The notes beneath the pieces are model-generated. The model did not search any database, was not told the origin of the DNA, and saw only the letters and a program-made list of their open reading frames with translations. DNA of 63,962 bases, counting the filler, from Barthelona sp. PAP020 (Eukaryota), in NCBI GenBank assembly GCA_040182905.1. It is 4 parts of 4 records of this genome, joined end to end, with 100 filler letters (N's around TTAATTAATTAA, not from the genome) between each part and the next. Parts side by side here need not be neighbours in the genome. Positions count along the whole stretch, not along the records: positions 1 to 16,426 come from JARQWU010000260.1; 3 more parts are not named here. One strand, written 5' to 3'. Every line of letters begins with the position of its first letter. Position 1 is the first letter of the stretch. The position numbers and the translations under genes were made by a program. Below, one piece after another: positions 1 through 10,227 of the stretch.

Positions 1-13
1 GGGAAACAGGCTA

Positions 14-424
14 GCATATTGTGGGTTTTGCTTGACTCACACAAACGCATCCAAACATTTTCTTGTTGTTGCTCTCTTATGAAATGCCCGCTGCGCTTCA
101 CAAGTATTGAAACCTGTACGAGTTGAATACGTTCAGATGTTGAAAATTTCGCTGTACCAGCTCAAAAAACTGAAAATGATCATAAGAGCTTTTATAAAGA
201 GTATGGGATGAGAATTTGACTATTTTGTGTTTGTCAATTCACAAGACAAGATTATAAATCCATATGAAGACCTTCTTTATTATTGGTGGTTACATTTTGG
301 GGATACTTAAACCTGGATAGTTTTTAATGTGTATGGGTGATTATCTTAAAAAAGTGTAATAATCGCTTTGCTTCTTTCCTACCAATAAATTTTCAGTTGT
401 TCGTTTTTCTTGTGTGGGTTTCTT
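14..424 (+). repeat. Decayed interspersed repeat, family A (copy 1)
   Basis: 86-424 aligns by eye, with an indel, to the reverse complement of ~49160-49393: ccgctgcgcttcacaa is identical; ttggggatacttaaacctg vs ttgggggtacttgaaactg; atgggtgattatct vs atggggcgattatct. Reading frames are broken by stops. Confidence 0.6.
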
Positions 425-448
425 CAAAGAAATCCACACAAGAAAAAC
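403..448. repeat. Near-perfect inverted repeat (22-bp arms, 2-nt spacer)
   Basis: gtttttcttgtgtgggtttctt-ca-aagaaatccacacaagaaaaac; one G.T mismatch. Confidence 0.9.
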
Positions 449-618
449 TTTAAAATTTTATACTGTATAAAAATCATTTCCATCTGTTTTGATTACAACT
501 GATTCTATTCATCAAAATATTGTTTTAAAACCCTATCATTCAACAACATTCTGATGAATAAAACTGAACCATCAAAAAAAACTCATGATTAGAAATCAAA
601 ATTACATATGGAAAATTA

Positions 619-3096
619 TTAAGATTTTTGAAGTAAAAAATCCATGTTTTGATATAATTTGTCAATAATTGCTTGACTATTTGGATCTAATTTTCCAATA
701 TTGGGTTTGTTACAAAAAATTTTTTGAATTTTTTCAATATTGTTTTTGGACGCACTCTTTTCAAAAAAAGCATCAGGATCATTTCCAGTGAATCTCGATT
801 TAGATTCTAAAAGAACATTTGTATCATTTGATTCCGTAAATGCTCTAAAGCTTGATCCATCTTTATTCTTGGCTTTATGATTAATTTCAAGAATTGAATC
901 ATCCTCTTTGAATTCAAGCACATCAACAATTCTATTTCTTTGTCTTTCTGCCCACTCAAGATAATCAATACCCATTTGTTGATCCAATTTCTTTAAATTT
1001 CCATACATAATCTCATATGAATGTTTAAGCTTTTTTAATTGCTTCAAAGAATCTTTATATTCAAATTTTGCTTTATCTAATTCTTCTTTGATGTAAACAT
1101 CCTCGCTATAATCTGGATTTTCGCCTTTTCTATGCATATCTGCATAATCAAACTGTAATTTGTTATGCTTCTGTAACAATGTCTCCATATTGTCCTTTGC
1201 AATTAAAAAGTGTTCTTTCATCTCTTTTATTGCATTAATCATGTCTTTCACTCTTAAAGAAAGTTCTTGACGTTCTGGAAAATAACAATACAACTTATAA
1301 AACATTTTTTTGCTTTGTTCCTCATCATTCAACAGTTTTAATTTCTTTTTTAGCCCCTTATTAACATCAAGATCTTTGGCAAACTCCAGATGTTCCCCAT
1401 ACTTATCATCTAACATTGAATCAATGGAAATTCTTTTTTCAGGAGCTTTATTGGGTTCTGAAAATGGTTCAAATTGCTGAAAACTTTCTCCATATGTAGC
1501 AATACGTTGTCTAAATGCTTCTTTACCAGTAGTTTGATGTAAATCTTCAACATTCCCTTGTAGTCTAGCAATTTTCAACTTTAAATCACTAATAACCCTC
1601 TCTTGTTCTCGGTTCATACTACAGACTATATCGATTTCATTATCTCTTTGTTCTAACAAGGTTTGAAGTTCGAGCAGATTCGTATCAACATTTGGGGCTT
1701 GTTTGACAATAACATTCTGATTTGACGTTGCAGTTACTGTACGACCTTGGAATAAATCCTTGACTATTCTGAAACTCAATTCCAATCGATCAGCTTCATC
1801 GGGGACCCAGCTGAGGTCTTCAGACCCATTAGCCGTGTTTACAAATTCAATGATTTGTTGTCGCAACCTGTCTTTCTCAGAATCAGTTATAGGACCCCTC
1901 TCCTCGTTCACACCATACTTGTTTCTCAAAAGATTATTCTCTTTCTTCAATTCTTTTAGCTGCTTTCGTAACATTTTAATCAACTCATTCTTATCTGTAA
2001 CTTCAGTGATCTGTGCAGAATTGGAAATTGCTGAAACAGACAAAGCAAACTTACAAGTAGAAACACTTTCCATTGTATGTTTTCTGTGTCCAGATAGGGT
2101 TGCAAGCATAGCAGTATGTGAATTTCCTCCAAGAGAATCTTTTAAAAACATGGTTAATTTTGAATTTCTGAATTGGGGAGCACTAGGGTTTTCGTTTAGA
2201 TCTTGAATAACTTTGTGCAAAAAGAATAAAGAACTATTAATGTATTTCGCCTCTTCGAGGGTTTGTCCATCGATATTGGATTTCCACACTCGTTCAGAAC
2301 CTGCTAAATCTACAATATGGAACTTAGAACTAATAAATTTGTGTGAATCAGGCAATCTACGCTTCAAATAAATGGTAAAAATACAATGTGAACGAGTAGA
2401 GGTCTCATTTAAAGGAGTATCTGCAAAAGCTCGATTCATTTCACCAGTCATATGATTCTCTAAAGCATCTGTCCTTGATTTACATGTCTTAATGTTTAAC
2501 CCAGAAAATACAAACTCATCCTTTTCACCCATAACGAGATTCAGTTTGTTGAAATCTTCAATATCTGCTGAATACAATGTTTGCGATGGAGCAAATTTCA
2601 TAGACAATAAATCATAAGCTTTATCTCTGTACAATTGAATGTAACTACATTTCACTTCATATTCATTGTACACTTCAGATTGATTAATGTGTTCAAATAA
2701 AGCTTCTATACATCTGGGAACCAAACCAACATCGTCTTGACTTTCAGCATCAGGTGGATACGAAATAGAGTGAGTCTTTCCCGAACCTGATTGACCGTAT
2801 GCAAATACGGTACAATTATAACCTTGAATAAATTTGTTTAAATATGGACGACCAATACGTTCAAAAACTTCATCTTGTTTCGTGTTTTCATCAAAAATTC
2901 GATCAAATTTGAATTTTCGTATTTGTAACAGATCTTCATTGGTTCTTAAATTTATTCCAGTGTTCAGTTCAAATTCAATGGCTTGATCTTCTCTTATTAT
3001 TGAAAAAGGATAATCTCCATTTTGATTCGGTTTTATTCGACAAAACACTTTAATATTTGTTGTCTCTACATTACTATGCTCATTATTTTTTGACAT
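619..3096 (-). CDS. KIF6: Kinesin-9 family motor, KIF6-like, 825 aa
   Basis: N-terminal motor with P-loop GQSGSGKT, switch I NETSTRSH, switch II DLAGSER and EAKYIN; LEQRDNEI coiled-coil motif typical of KIF6. Confidence 0.9.
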   Translation of the reverse strand: MSKNNEHSNVETTNIKVFCRIKPNQNGDYPFSIIREDQAIEFELNTGINLRTNEDLLQIRKFKFDRIFDENTKQDEVFERIGRPYLNKFIQGYNCTVFAYGQSGSGKTHSISYPPDAESQDDVGLVPRCIEALFEHINQSEVYNEYEVKCSYIQLYRDKAYDLLSMKFAPSQTLYSADIEDFNKLNLVMGEKDEFVFSGLNIKTCKSRTDALENHMTGEMNRAFADTPLNETSTRSHCIFTIYLKRRLPDSHKFISSKFHIVDLAGSERVWKSNIDGQTLEEAKYINSSLFFLHKVIQDLNENPSAPQFRNSKLTMFLKDSLGGNSHTAMLATLSGHRKHTMESVSTCKFALSVSAISNSAQITEVTDKNELIKMLRKQLKELKKENNLLRNKYGVNEERGPITDSEKDRLRQQIIEFVNTANGSEDLSWVPDEADRLELSFRIVKDLFQGRTVTATSNQNVIVKQAPNVDTNLLELQTLLEQRDNEIDIVCSMNREQERVISDLKLKIARLQGNVEDLHQTTGKEAFRQRIATYGESFQQFEPFSEPNKAPEKRISIDSMLDDKYGEHLEFAKDLDVNKGLKKKLKLLNDEEQSKKMFYKLYCYFPERQELSLRVKDMINAIKEMKEHFLIAKDNMETLLQKHNKLQFDYADMHRKGENPDYSEDVYIKEELDKAKFEYKDSLKQLKKLKHSYEIMYGNLKKLDQQMGIDYLEWAERQRNRIVDVLEFKEDDSILEINHKAKNKDGSSFRAFTESNDTNVLLESKSRFTGNDPDAFFEKSASKNNIEKIQKIFCNKPNIGKLDPNSQAIIDKLYQNMDFLLQKS

Positions 3097-3354
3097 GGGA
3101 TTTTAATATTTTGTATGTTGGGTTTTTGTTTGTCAAAATTAAATCACAATGAACAAAAATTTTTTTGCATTTTTGGTAATTTAAATAAATTACTGTTCAA
3201 AAAAGTTTAATGAAAGTATAATCTTCGAATTATTTATCAAAACAGTAAAGGGAAGGAAAACAAAATGAGCATATTTTTTTTTTGATTAACAATAATCAAT
3301 TTTATTGTTAAATGTTGAAATAAGTTAGCTAATTGAACAATATTTAGCCTCTAA

Positions 3355-4539
3355 ATGAATGACTTGAAAGATGTTGAAGTATATGACTTACAATTGAAAT
3401 TGGAAAAATTGAACAAAGCTTTTGAATATAATTTACAAGTTATAAAGGCAAGAGATGAAGAACTTATTGAATATGAAAATGAAATTAAATGTAATGAAAT
3501 TCGAATAAATGAAATGTGTCTTTTTGAACAAGAATTGAAAAATTCTATTGATTCGACTGTTAAAAATCAAAATAAAACAATTGAAAAATGTAAAAATTTG
3601 TTGGAAATCACAAAGAAGAAGGTCGTAGAGCTTGATGATAATTTAACCAAATCTAAAATGGAAATTTTTAAACTTAATGAAGATAAAACCAGATTTTCAA
3701 TGAAAAATTATGAAAAATGTGAAAAGCTTACAAGTTTAAACAATGAATTTTTTCAGTTGCAGCAAAATTTTCAACAAGAGGTTATCGAAGAAGAAAGATT
3801 ATGTAATTTAGAGGTTGAAAAATTGTTATGTAGTAAAAATAAAGAATTTGAAAGACATCAGCTTGATTTGCTTGCATATGACAATAGAATTGAACAAATA
3901 AAGCGTGAAAAGCATGATTTAAAGATGAAAATTATTGATTTGCAGGCAAAATTGAAAGATAGAAAAGAACTTGCAACTAATCTTTTGAGAACTAACACTT
4001 CTAAAAAAAAGGAGTTAAAGGTACTGATGGAAAATTATAAAATATTGAAATTAAAAGATAGAAAGCAGTATAATCAAGATTATGAAAAAAAAGCTAAACT
4101 ATTTGAGCAAAAAGAGAAAGATTATACTAGAGAAGACAACCAATTGGAAAATGAAAGAAAAAGATTGAAACTTGAGTTTTCTAATTTGAAAAATGAAGTG
4201 ATTATTTTAACAGATGAATCAGTGACAAAACAAAGGGAAATCGATGAATTAAAAAAAAAATTTGGCGTATTAACTTCCCAATTATCAGAAATAAATCAAC
4301 AAAGAAAGCAATGGAATCAAAAAAAAGAAGAAATGCAACCTTATATTGCTTCATTACGCAAAGAAATTGAGAGCTGTTCAACTTTTAGAATGGTTGATAA
4401 TGATGATGAGGCCAATCACATTGTGAATAATCAAGCCCCAGGACAAGACGGGCAAAATTTCGAAAATAGCAATAAAAACTTTGAAAATTTTCAAAAAAAC
4501 TTTTTGGGCAAACTAAAAAGGCTTTATTCAATAAAATAG
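3355..4539 (+). CDS. Coiled-coil protein, CCDC57-like N-terminus
   Basis: FEYNLQVIKARDEELIEYE resembles the CCDC57 motif FxYNLxxLxERDxELxxY; E/K-rich heptads throughout. Confidence 0.55.
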   Translation: MNDLKDVEVYDLQLKLEKLNKAFEYNLQVIKARDEELIEYENEIKCNEIRINEMCLFEQELKNSIDSTVKNQNKTIEKCKNLLEITKKKVVELDDNLTKSKMEIFKLNEDKTRFSMKNYEKCEKLTSLNNEFFQLQQNFQQEVIEEERLCNLEVEKLLCSKNKEFERHQLDLLAYDNRIEQIKREKHDLKMKIIDLQAKLKDRKELATNLLRTNTSKKKELKVLMENYKILKLKDRKQYNQDYEKKAKLFEQKEKDYTREDNQLENERKRLKLEFSNLKNEVIILTDESVTKQREIDELKKKFGVLTSQLSEINQQRKQWNQKKEEMQPYIASLRKEIESCSTFRMVDNDDEANHIVNNQAPGQDGQNFENSNKNFENFQKNFLGKLKRLYSIK

Positions 4540-4624
4540 AGACTGTTTATTTTTTCTTTCAATCCTTTTAATTAAAAAGGACTTTGAAATCTATTCATTG
4601 AAAAAGAAAAAAAAAAAACACTTA

Positions 4625-6112
4625 CTACGATTTATTTGGGGTCATTTTCATCCATTTTGGAAATTTTTCTTTGGCATCAGCTTTTTGATTCTTTTTTGAT
4701 GATTTGGCCTCATAATCAATATATGTGCTGCTTTGTTTATCAGTTGAATTTGTTTTTTTTTGTGAATTGCTGCCATTTTGATTCAAAATCTTATCTCTAA
4801 TTCTTTGAGCTTCTGGATCATTTCTAGGAGTACCTATTGGTCTAATAAATTGAGAATGGCTTTCGATATATTCATTTGTAAAAGGATCTTGGTTTGTCTC
4901 AATATCTCTCCATTTAAGATTCAATCTAGCACCTGGAAGCAAGTTTAATTCTTGTAAAGTCAATTCCAAATGTAAAACAGGTTGATCAAGTGAAAAAACA
5001 CGAAAAGGCTGATTTTTGAATGTATCGATCATATCGTTCTGTAGATTTCTTAAAACTTGATTTAAGCTGATGTCTTTGTCAAGCAAATTGATGCAAATTT
5101 CCTTATTTGATGGCAAAACAATCTTTAAGCTACATTTATCATATACAGGTTTGTCCAACAAAGCAATTCGGTTTCTCATTGATGCTGACATGAATGTATC
5201 AGCAATTCTTTGTTTGTCATGACGTTCTTTAATCCCTGCAGCCAGAATGTTCATATCACCAGGTATTTTAGTTGTTGTTTTTGCAGCATTAACTTGTGAA
5301 ATTGCTCCCAATAAGGTACTTCCTTTTCCCCAACCATTATTGGAAGGCTTTTCCTTCTTTTCAAGTTCTTTTCTGAACGGTTGAATATTTTTGACTATGG
5401 CTTTTTCTTCTTTTTCATTTTCTTTTTCAACTTCCTCGGTTTTGGTGTCAAAAATTGGTGTTTCTTCCATAACTCCATGATCTTTAGGCATGTCAATTTG
5501 AGAACTAATTCTGTTCACTGTCTCACAAACAGAAACAGTTGTTTCAACTGTGTCATCAACTTCCAATTCAATATTTGGCTCAATTTTTGAAATTATGGTT
5601 TCTTCTTTTATATTTGCTTCAGATTCGATAATTCCACCATTCTTAGGACCTTCCAATTTCTCTTGACCAAGAGAAATAGTCATTTTAACAGAGCTATCAA
5701 CTTTTAGATCTCCAAGTGTTTGTGATAACTCAAAATTAACAGGTCGATCATTGAAAAGGATCTTCTGATCACAACTGACACTAAGATCAAAATAAGAAAA
5801 CAATTCTTCAAAAGTAGTAGTACTAGACGCTTTAAAAATCTTTCTTCCACTATCAGTAACATATACAATACGAATTTTTCGTTTAATTGAAGAATTTGCA
5901 GGTTTTATTTCAATTACAGCATTTGGATGAATAAATGAAAGTTGAATTTTTTCATATAATGCAACAGCTTTTCTATTATGTACCAAACAATGGTCTTGAA
6001 AAGAAATATCATAAAGAATACAAGCTTTTTCCAATACATCATAAAAATAATCTTGATCATCAAAAGTCTCGCGTTTTCGATGACCTTCGTACATTAACAT
6101 AAATTGTCTCAT
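4625..6112 (-). CDS. ASPSCR1: TUG/ASPSCR1/Ubx4-like p97 cofactor (UBL1-UBL2-UBX)
   Basis: TUG-UBL1-like N-terminus (DVLEKAC...LVHNRKAV...PNAVIEIK); UBX-like YDKCSLKIVLP...TLQELNLLPGARL; C-terminal PKWMK motif. Confidence 0.7.
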   Translation of the reverse strand: MRQFMLMYEGHRKRETFDDQDYFYDVLEKACILYDISFQDHCLVHNRKAVALYEKIQLSFIHPNAVIEIKPANSSIKRKIRIVYVTDSGRKIFKASSTTTFEELFSYFDLSVSCDQKILFNDRPVNFELSQTLGDLKVDSSVKMTISLGQEKLEGPKNGGIIESEANIKEETIISKIEPNIELEVDDTVETTVSVCETVNRISSQIDMPKDHGVMEETPIFDTKTEEVEKENEKEEKAIVKNIQPFRKELEKKEKPSNNGWGKGSTLLGAISQVNAAKTTTKIPGDMNILAAGIKERHDKQRIADTFMSASMRNRIALLDKPVYDKCSLKIVLPSNKEICINLLDKDISLNQVLRNLQNDMIDTFKNQPFRVFSLDQPVLHLELTLQELNLLPGARLNLKWRDIETNQDPFTNEYIESHSQFIRPIGTPRNDPEAQRIRDKILNQNGSNSQKKTNSTDKQSSTYIDYEAKSSKKNQKADAKEKFPKWMKMTPNKS

Positions 6113-6321
6113 AACAATAGATGAAAATAATGAGAAAATAATAAAAAAGAGGAAATGAATAATTTTTTGTTAGTGCTATTTCCTCAAACTTAATCTTAAT
6201 AAAAATCAACTCTTTTATTTAATATTACAAAATATTCCAATATTAATAAAATATTGAATGAAATAGAATGAGAAAGAAAGAAAAAAAGAGAACAAAAATA
6301 GAATTTTATTGTTGATGCACA

Positions 6322-7371
6322 ATGGATGCTTCATGGATATTTGAGACTGTTTTCGCATATTTAAATTCTCCTAGTTTTGAGGAACCGATTTCAAAATGGG
6401 TTGAAAATCATTCAAAATCTTTTCTTGGAGTTGAATTAAACAGTATACATACACATGAACAATACATTTTATTTCAAGAATATGTAAAATTTATTGATAA
6501 TGTTGTTGGAGGGTTTTTAACGGAAATTGGTGTGGATCAAGCCACATTTTTTGAAACTTGTTTGTTATTAGTCAATGAAGAACAATCTCCTGCAAGATTA
6601 AGGTTATTAATTTCTCAAATTTTGTATAGATTTAATGTAATTTGTGAATTTGAAAATTTCAAAAAGTTAATGATCTTATTCGCCCTTCAAATTACACCTA
6701 CTGGGGATGATAAAAGTTACACACAATCCATTGATAATGATGAATCCTTTTTCTTGTTATCTGAATCTATTGAACAAGAGAATGCCAAAGTGGTTAGTAT
6801 ATTTGAACCACCACCAACTGCAATAAAAAATTTTCACAATGATGTTTTTGAAGTATCATATGAAGATGAAGTTGATGAAATTTTTCGCATGCACAATTCT
6901 GCGAATCCAACCCATGATGAAATTTCTGACAGAGAGCATAATGTGGATTTGAATTCAAAAACACCTGACAGCTTAGATGGTTTATGTTCATCGGATGGTG
7001 AATCGCCCAAACAATCAGAAATGAGCATGAATGGTAGCACTTTTGCTCCCATTCAATCTTTAAAACCTTTGAAAGTATCAAAATTGAATGAAGAAAAGGG
7101 TAATAAAGTTCAGAATTTAGATGACCTTTTAAACGCAATGGAAGAACAAAATATTAGTAATTCTAACTTGGCTGACGATATTTTAGGACTCTTTGAAAGT
7201 AAAGGTGATCCTTCTAACACTTTTAATTTCAACAGCGAATTAGAAAATGTTGCTTTGAAACCAATATTGTCGGAAGGTCCAAAACTAAAGGGTGTTGAAG
7301 CTTTGGAAGAAAGATCTAGACAAGCTCAATTGGAAGATCTGAGAAATAAATATTTGAACAGGTCAAAATGA
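6322..7371 (+). CDS. CFAP36: BART-domain (ARL2/ARL3-binding) protein, CFAP36/CCDC104-like
   Basis: WIFETVFAYLNSPSFEEPISKWVE...HTHEQYILFQEY...FENFKKLM matches the BART domain pattern. Confidence 0.7.
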   Translation: MDASWIFETVFAYLNSPSFEEPISKWVENHSKSFLGVELNSIHTHEQYILFQEYVKFIDNVVGGFLTEIGVDQATFFETCLLLVNEEQSPARLRLLISQILYRFNVICEFENFKKLMILFALQITPTGDDKSYTQSIDNDESFFLLSESIEQENAKVVSIFEPPPTAIKNFHNDVFEVSYEDEVDEIFRMHNSANPTHDEISDREHNVDLNSKTPDSLDGLCSSDGESPKQSEMSMNGSTFAPIQSLKPLKVSKLNEEKGNKVQNLDDLLNAMEEQNISNSNLADDILGLFESKGDPSNTFNFNSELENVALKPILSEGPKLKGVEALEERSRQAQLEDLRNKYLNRSK

Positions 7372-7488
7372 TTCTGTTTGGTTTGTAAAAGTTGAAAAGT
7401 TCAAATTTTTTGTTAAATTTCAAAAAAGAAAATCCTGCACAATTTTACAACTTACAATTCTTTAACATTTGGACAATAAAAAGTTTCA

Positions 7489-8313
7489 CTACTCTTGTTT
7501 GTTTTGTTTCTTCAATCTCATGTGGAAAGCTTCCTTGAACATAGCAACATTGGGATCAACAGCTATTTTCATTTCTTTGCGATGAAGTCTCATTGCCAAT
7601 TCAGCTGTTCTGTCAAAATAGAGTGTATTGATTCTCTGGGCAATCACGCTTTCAACATCCAAGATAAATTGTCCAATTGATGGAATGTGATTGCCTTTTG
7701 CTGGTTGAACAGTTCTTTTTTCTGTTGTGACAAAAGATCCACCAACGTTGGTTTTTCCTGAGGTTTCAATTGAAATATCTACGTCTAAAATAATTGTGGA
7801 AGTCAAATCATACTCAAATTCCTCATTCTCAAGTTTGTTAACCCGCAAAAAATGAATGGAATTCCAAATGGCCTTATTAATGAAAGAAATATCCTCATTG
7901 ATTTTAGAAATAGCTATTACAATGTTATAGCCATCTTTATCGTTAGAAGAAACGAAAGCACTGCTTAAAGCTTGAGAGGTATAATATTTATGACAATAAG
8001 TCTTTAACAAATCATTTAATGCTAATTCTAATTCTCTTTCTTTACCTTCAGGCTTAGGTCCAGACACATGATTAGGGAAATAATCATTGCTGAAAGGACT
8101 TCTCCAACTATCTTCAAATCTATTAAAATCACACTTAATAAATGGAAAGTTAGAGGAGGTATCTTGTTCAATTTCCAAAGGTAATTGAACATTTTCTAAT
8201 ATTTGTGTTGATAATTCTGGTAATAGTTCAATTAATCGAAACATATCATCTTTGATATTTTTTGGATTCATACGATTAAGAATATCAATCGCAACATTCA
8301 ATTTTGCACTCAT
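7489..8313 (-). CDS. CAPZB: F-actin capping protein beta subunit
   Basis: AIDILNRMNP, CDFNRFEDSWRSPFSN, RELELALN, WNSIH and HIPSIG follow the CapZ-beta pattern; 274 aa. Confidence 0.9.
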   Translation of the reverse strand: MSAKLNVAIDILNRMNPKNIKDDMFRLIELLPELSTQILENVQLPLEIEQDTSSNFPFIKCDFNRFEDSWRSPFSNDYFPNHVSGPKPEGKERELELALNDLLKTYCHKYYTSQALSSAFVSSNDKDGYNIVIAISKINEDISFINKAIWNSIHFLRVNKLENEEFEYDLTSTIILDVDISIETSGKTNVGGSFVTTEKRTVQPAKGNHIPSIGQFILDVESVIAQRINTLYFDRTAELAMRLHRKEMKIAVDPNVAMFKEAFHMRLKKQNKQE

Positions 8314-8702
8314 ATTTAAAAATAAATATTTTTCGGTCAGTTTTCTTTTTCATGTTAAATTTATCTTCAATCACAATAAGGACTTTTATGATAATGTAAA
8401 AAAAGATCATTTATGGTATAAATAAAAAAGAATTTCACCTATTTCAAGTGAATCTCATTTCTTTCTTCTTGCTGCTTATGATTATTGTCAGTTAGATTTT
8501 CTATACATGAAATATTAGACTTTAAGTCAAATTAATGTTAAATTAATGAAAGTTGATCTCTTTGATGAAAGAATGTTGTTATCACATCAATCTAAATCCA
8601 TTGTCTTAAATAAAACAACTATTTTGACAATATCATGGTTCAATTGAAACAAAATAAAAAAGTGGCCTATATTTACAAAGGTTTTTATCTATTGATTGCA
8701 AA

Positions 8703-10103
8703 TCAGATTTTTAACTTTGGTGGGGTTGATGTCATTGTGATAAATGGATTCGAAGACCTTTGACTATTTTTATTTTTGTTTTTGTTTCCATTATTTCTGG
8801 TATTGTTTTCATTTCTTTCTTTTTCATCATCAAAATCATCAATTATAGTTTCATCATCCAATTCATCACCATCTTTATTTCTATTTTCAAGTTTAAGTTG
8901 TACTTTAGTGGGGTTATCTTCATATTCATCATCATCATCTGATATTTCAACAGGTTCCTTTTTCCTTTTATTGTTTGTTTTTTTTGTAGGGATACGATGC
9001 ATACGATCTCGAGTGATTCTGTCCTTTAAGGTCCACTGTTCCCTTTGAATATCGTTAAGAAGTGTCAAAATCTGTTTATTCTGTTCTAAGCTTCTTTGGT
9101 GAAGTGATTTAAGCTCATGTAATTCAATCTTTAGTCCCTTGTTTTCATTCTGTAATTTTTGAACTTTCTCTTGCAAACCATTGTTTGAATCGACCAATTT
9201 GTTGTTTACATCTACCAAATTGTTGTTTAGTTCATTCATTTTTTTATGAGCAACATGAATTTCTGAAACATTTGTTACACATAATGAAACAGCGTTTTTT
9301 AACTCTGAATATTGATGTGACAATTGACCAACTCTTGTTTTAAGACCTTCTTCGTTTTTCTTCAAATAATCTTTGAATTGAGTCTTAAAAATGTGTTCCA
9401 CCTTACTTACAATACTTTTCTGCAACTTATCCAAAATTTTCTTGTTAACTTCAGTGGAATTCTTTGAATCTTGATCTACATATCTTTGTATTGAAGCGAA
9501 TAAGGTGGACAAAACATCATTTAAAGTGTCTTTAATTTCTCTCAATTCCAGTTGTCTTCCTGTAGCAGCTGGTTGTGGTGGTAGTTGTTGATGTAAAGGA
9601 TAAGGCTGTTGTATTTGATATGAATGATGTAGCGCTCTATTATTAAGCTTGCTTTCCAAAATTTTGGAAATTTCCAATAAATTCTGGGTGTTCAACAAAT
9701 TGAATTTTTTCATTAACTCTTCATACATCCTATCGGTGGACAATTGATTATCTAAACGATTGCTAAGAAAATTGATACCATTGGTAAACTCTTTAATAAT
9801 AATTGTTAAAGAATCTTTTGTTGTGTCTTCAAATTCATTTACCACTTCATTAAAAACATTTTGAATCAATTCAATCAAATCTTTTTGTCCTTCATTGATC
9901 TGTTTATTAATTTTATAACTTTTCAATGTAATTTGATCTTCATATCCCAAAGATTTTTGAAATTGGTAATCTAATAATTCATTTAATCTATCATCTTTAA
10001 GATTAATAGCATCTAATCTCTGTAAACAATATTTTTTTAATTCGTTAATATCATCAATATATTCAATATTTTTGATTTTTGATGAATCAATATCATCAGT
10101 CAT
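8703..10103 (-). CDS. Hypothetical coiled-coil protein, 466 aa
   Basis: Long ATG-started ORF with heptad repeats, a Q/P-rich linker and an acidic/Asn-rich tail; no family recognised. Confidence 0.75.
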   Translation of the reverse strand: MTDDIDSSKIKNIEYIDDINELKKYCLQRLDAINLKDDRLNELLDYQFQKSLGYEDQITLKSYKINKQINEGQKDLIELIQNVFNEVVNEFEDTTKDSLTIIIKEFTNGINFLSNRLDNQLSTDRMYEELMKKFNLLNTQNLLEISKILESKLNNRALHHSYQIQQPYPLHQQLPPQPAATGRQLELREIKDTLNDVLSTLFASIQRYVDQDSKNSTEVNKKILDKLQKSIVSKVEHIFKTQFKDYLKKNEEGLKTRVGQLSHQYSELKNAVSLCVTNVSEIHVAHKKMNELNNNLVDVNNKLVDSNNGLQEKVQKLQNENKGLKIELHELKSLHQRSLEQNKQILTLLNDIQREQWTLKDRITRDRMHRIPTKKTNNKRKKEPVEISDDDDEYEDNPTKVQLKLENRNKDGDELDDETIIDDFDDEKERNENNTRNNGNKNKNKNSQRSSNPFITMTSTPPKLKI

Positions 10104-10227
10104 TACATCAAAAATTTAATTAAATAAAAGGAATAAATTATCAAAGAAATAATAAAAAAAAATTTCTTTTCAAAAGTGCCAAAAAAACATTGAGTTTTGA
10201 TTAAAAATTGTTTTTGTCGAAAAAATA

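Noticed and set aside
1764..1867. GT..AG segment in kinesin copy 1 as an intron lost from copy 2
   Set aside because: 104 nt would shift the frame, there is no CTAAC branch site, and the real difference is 108 nt.
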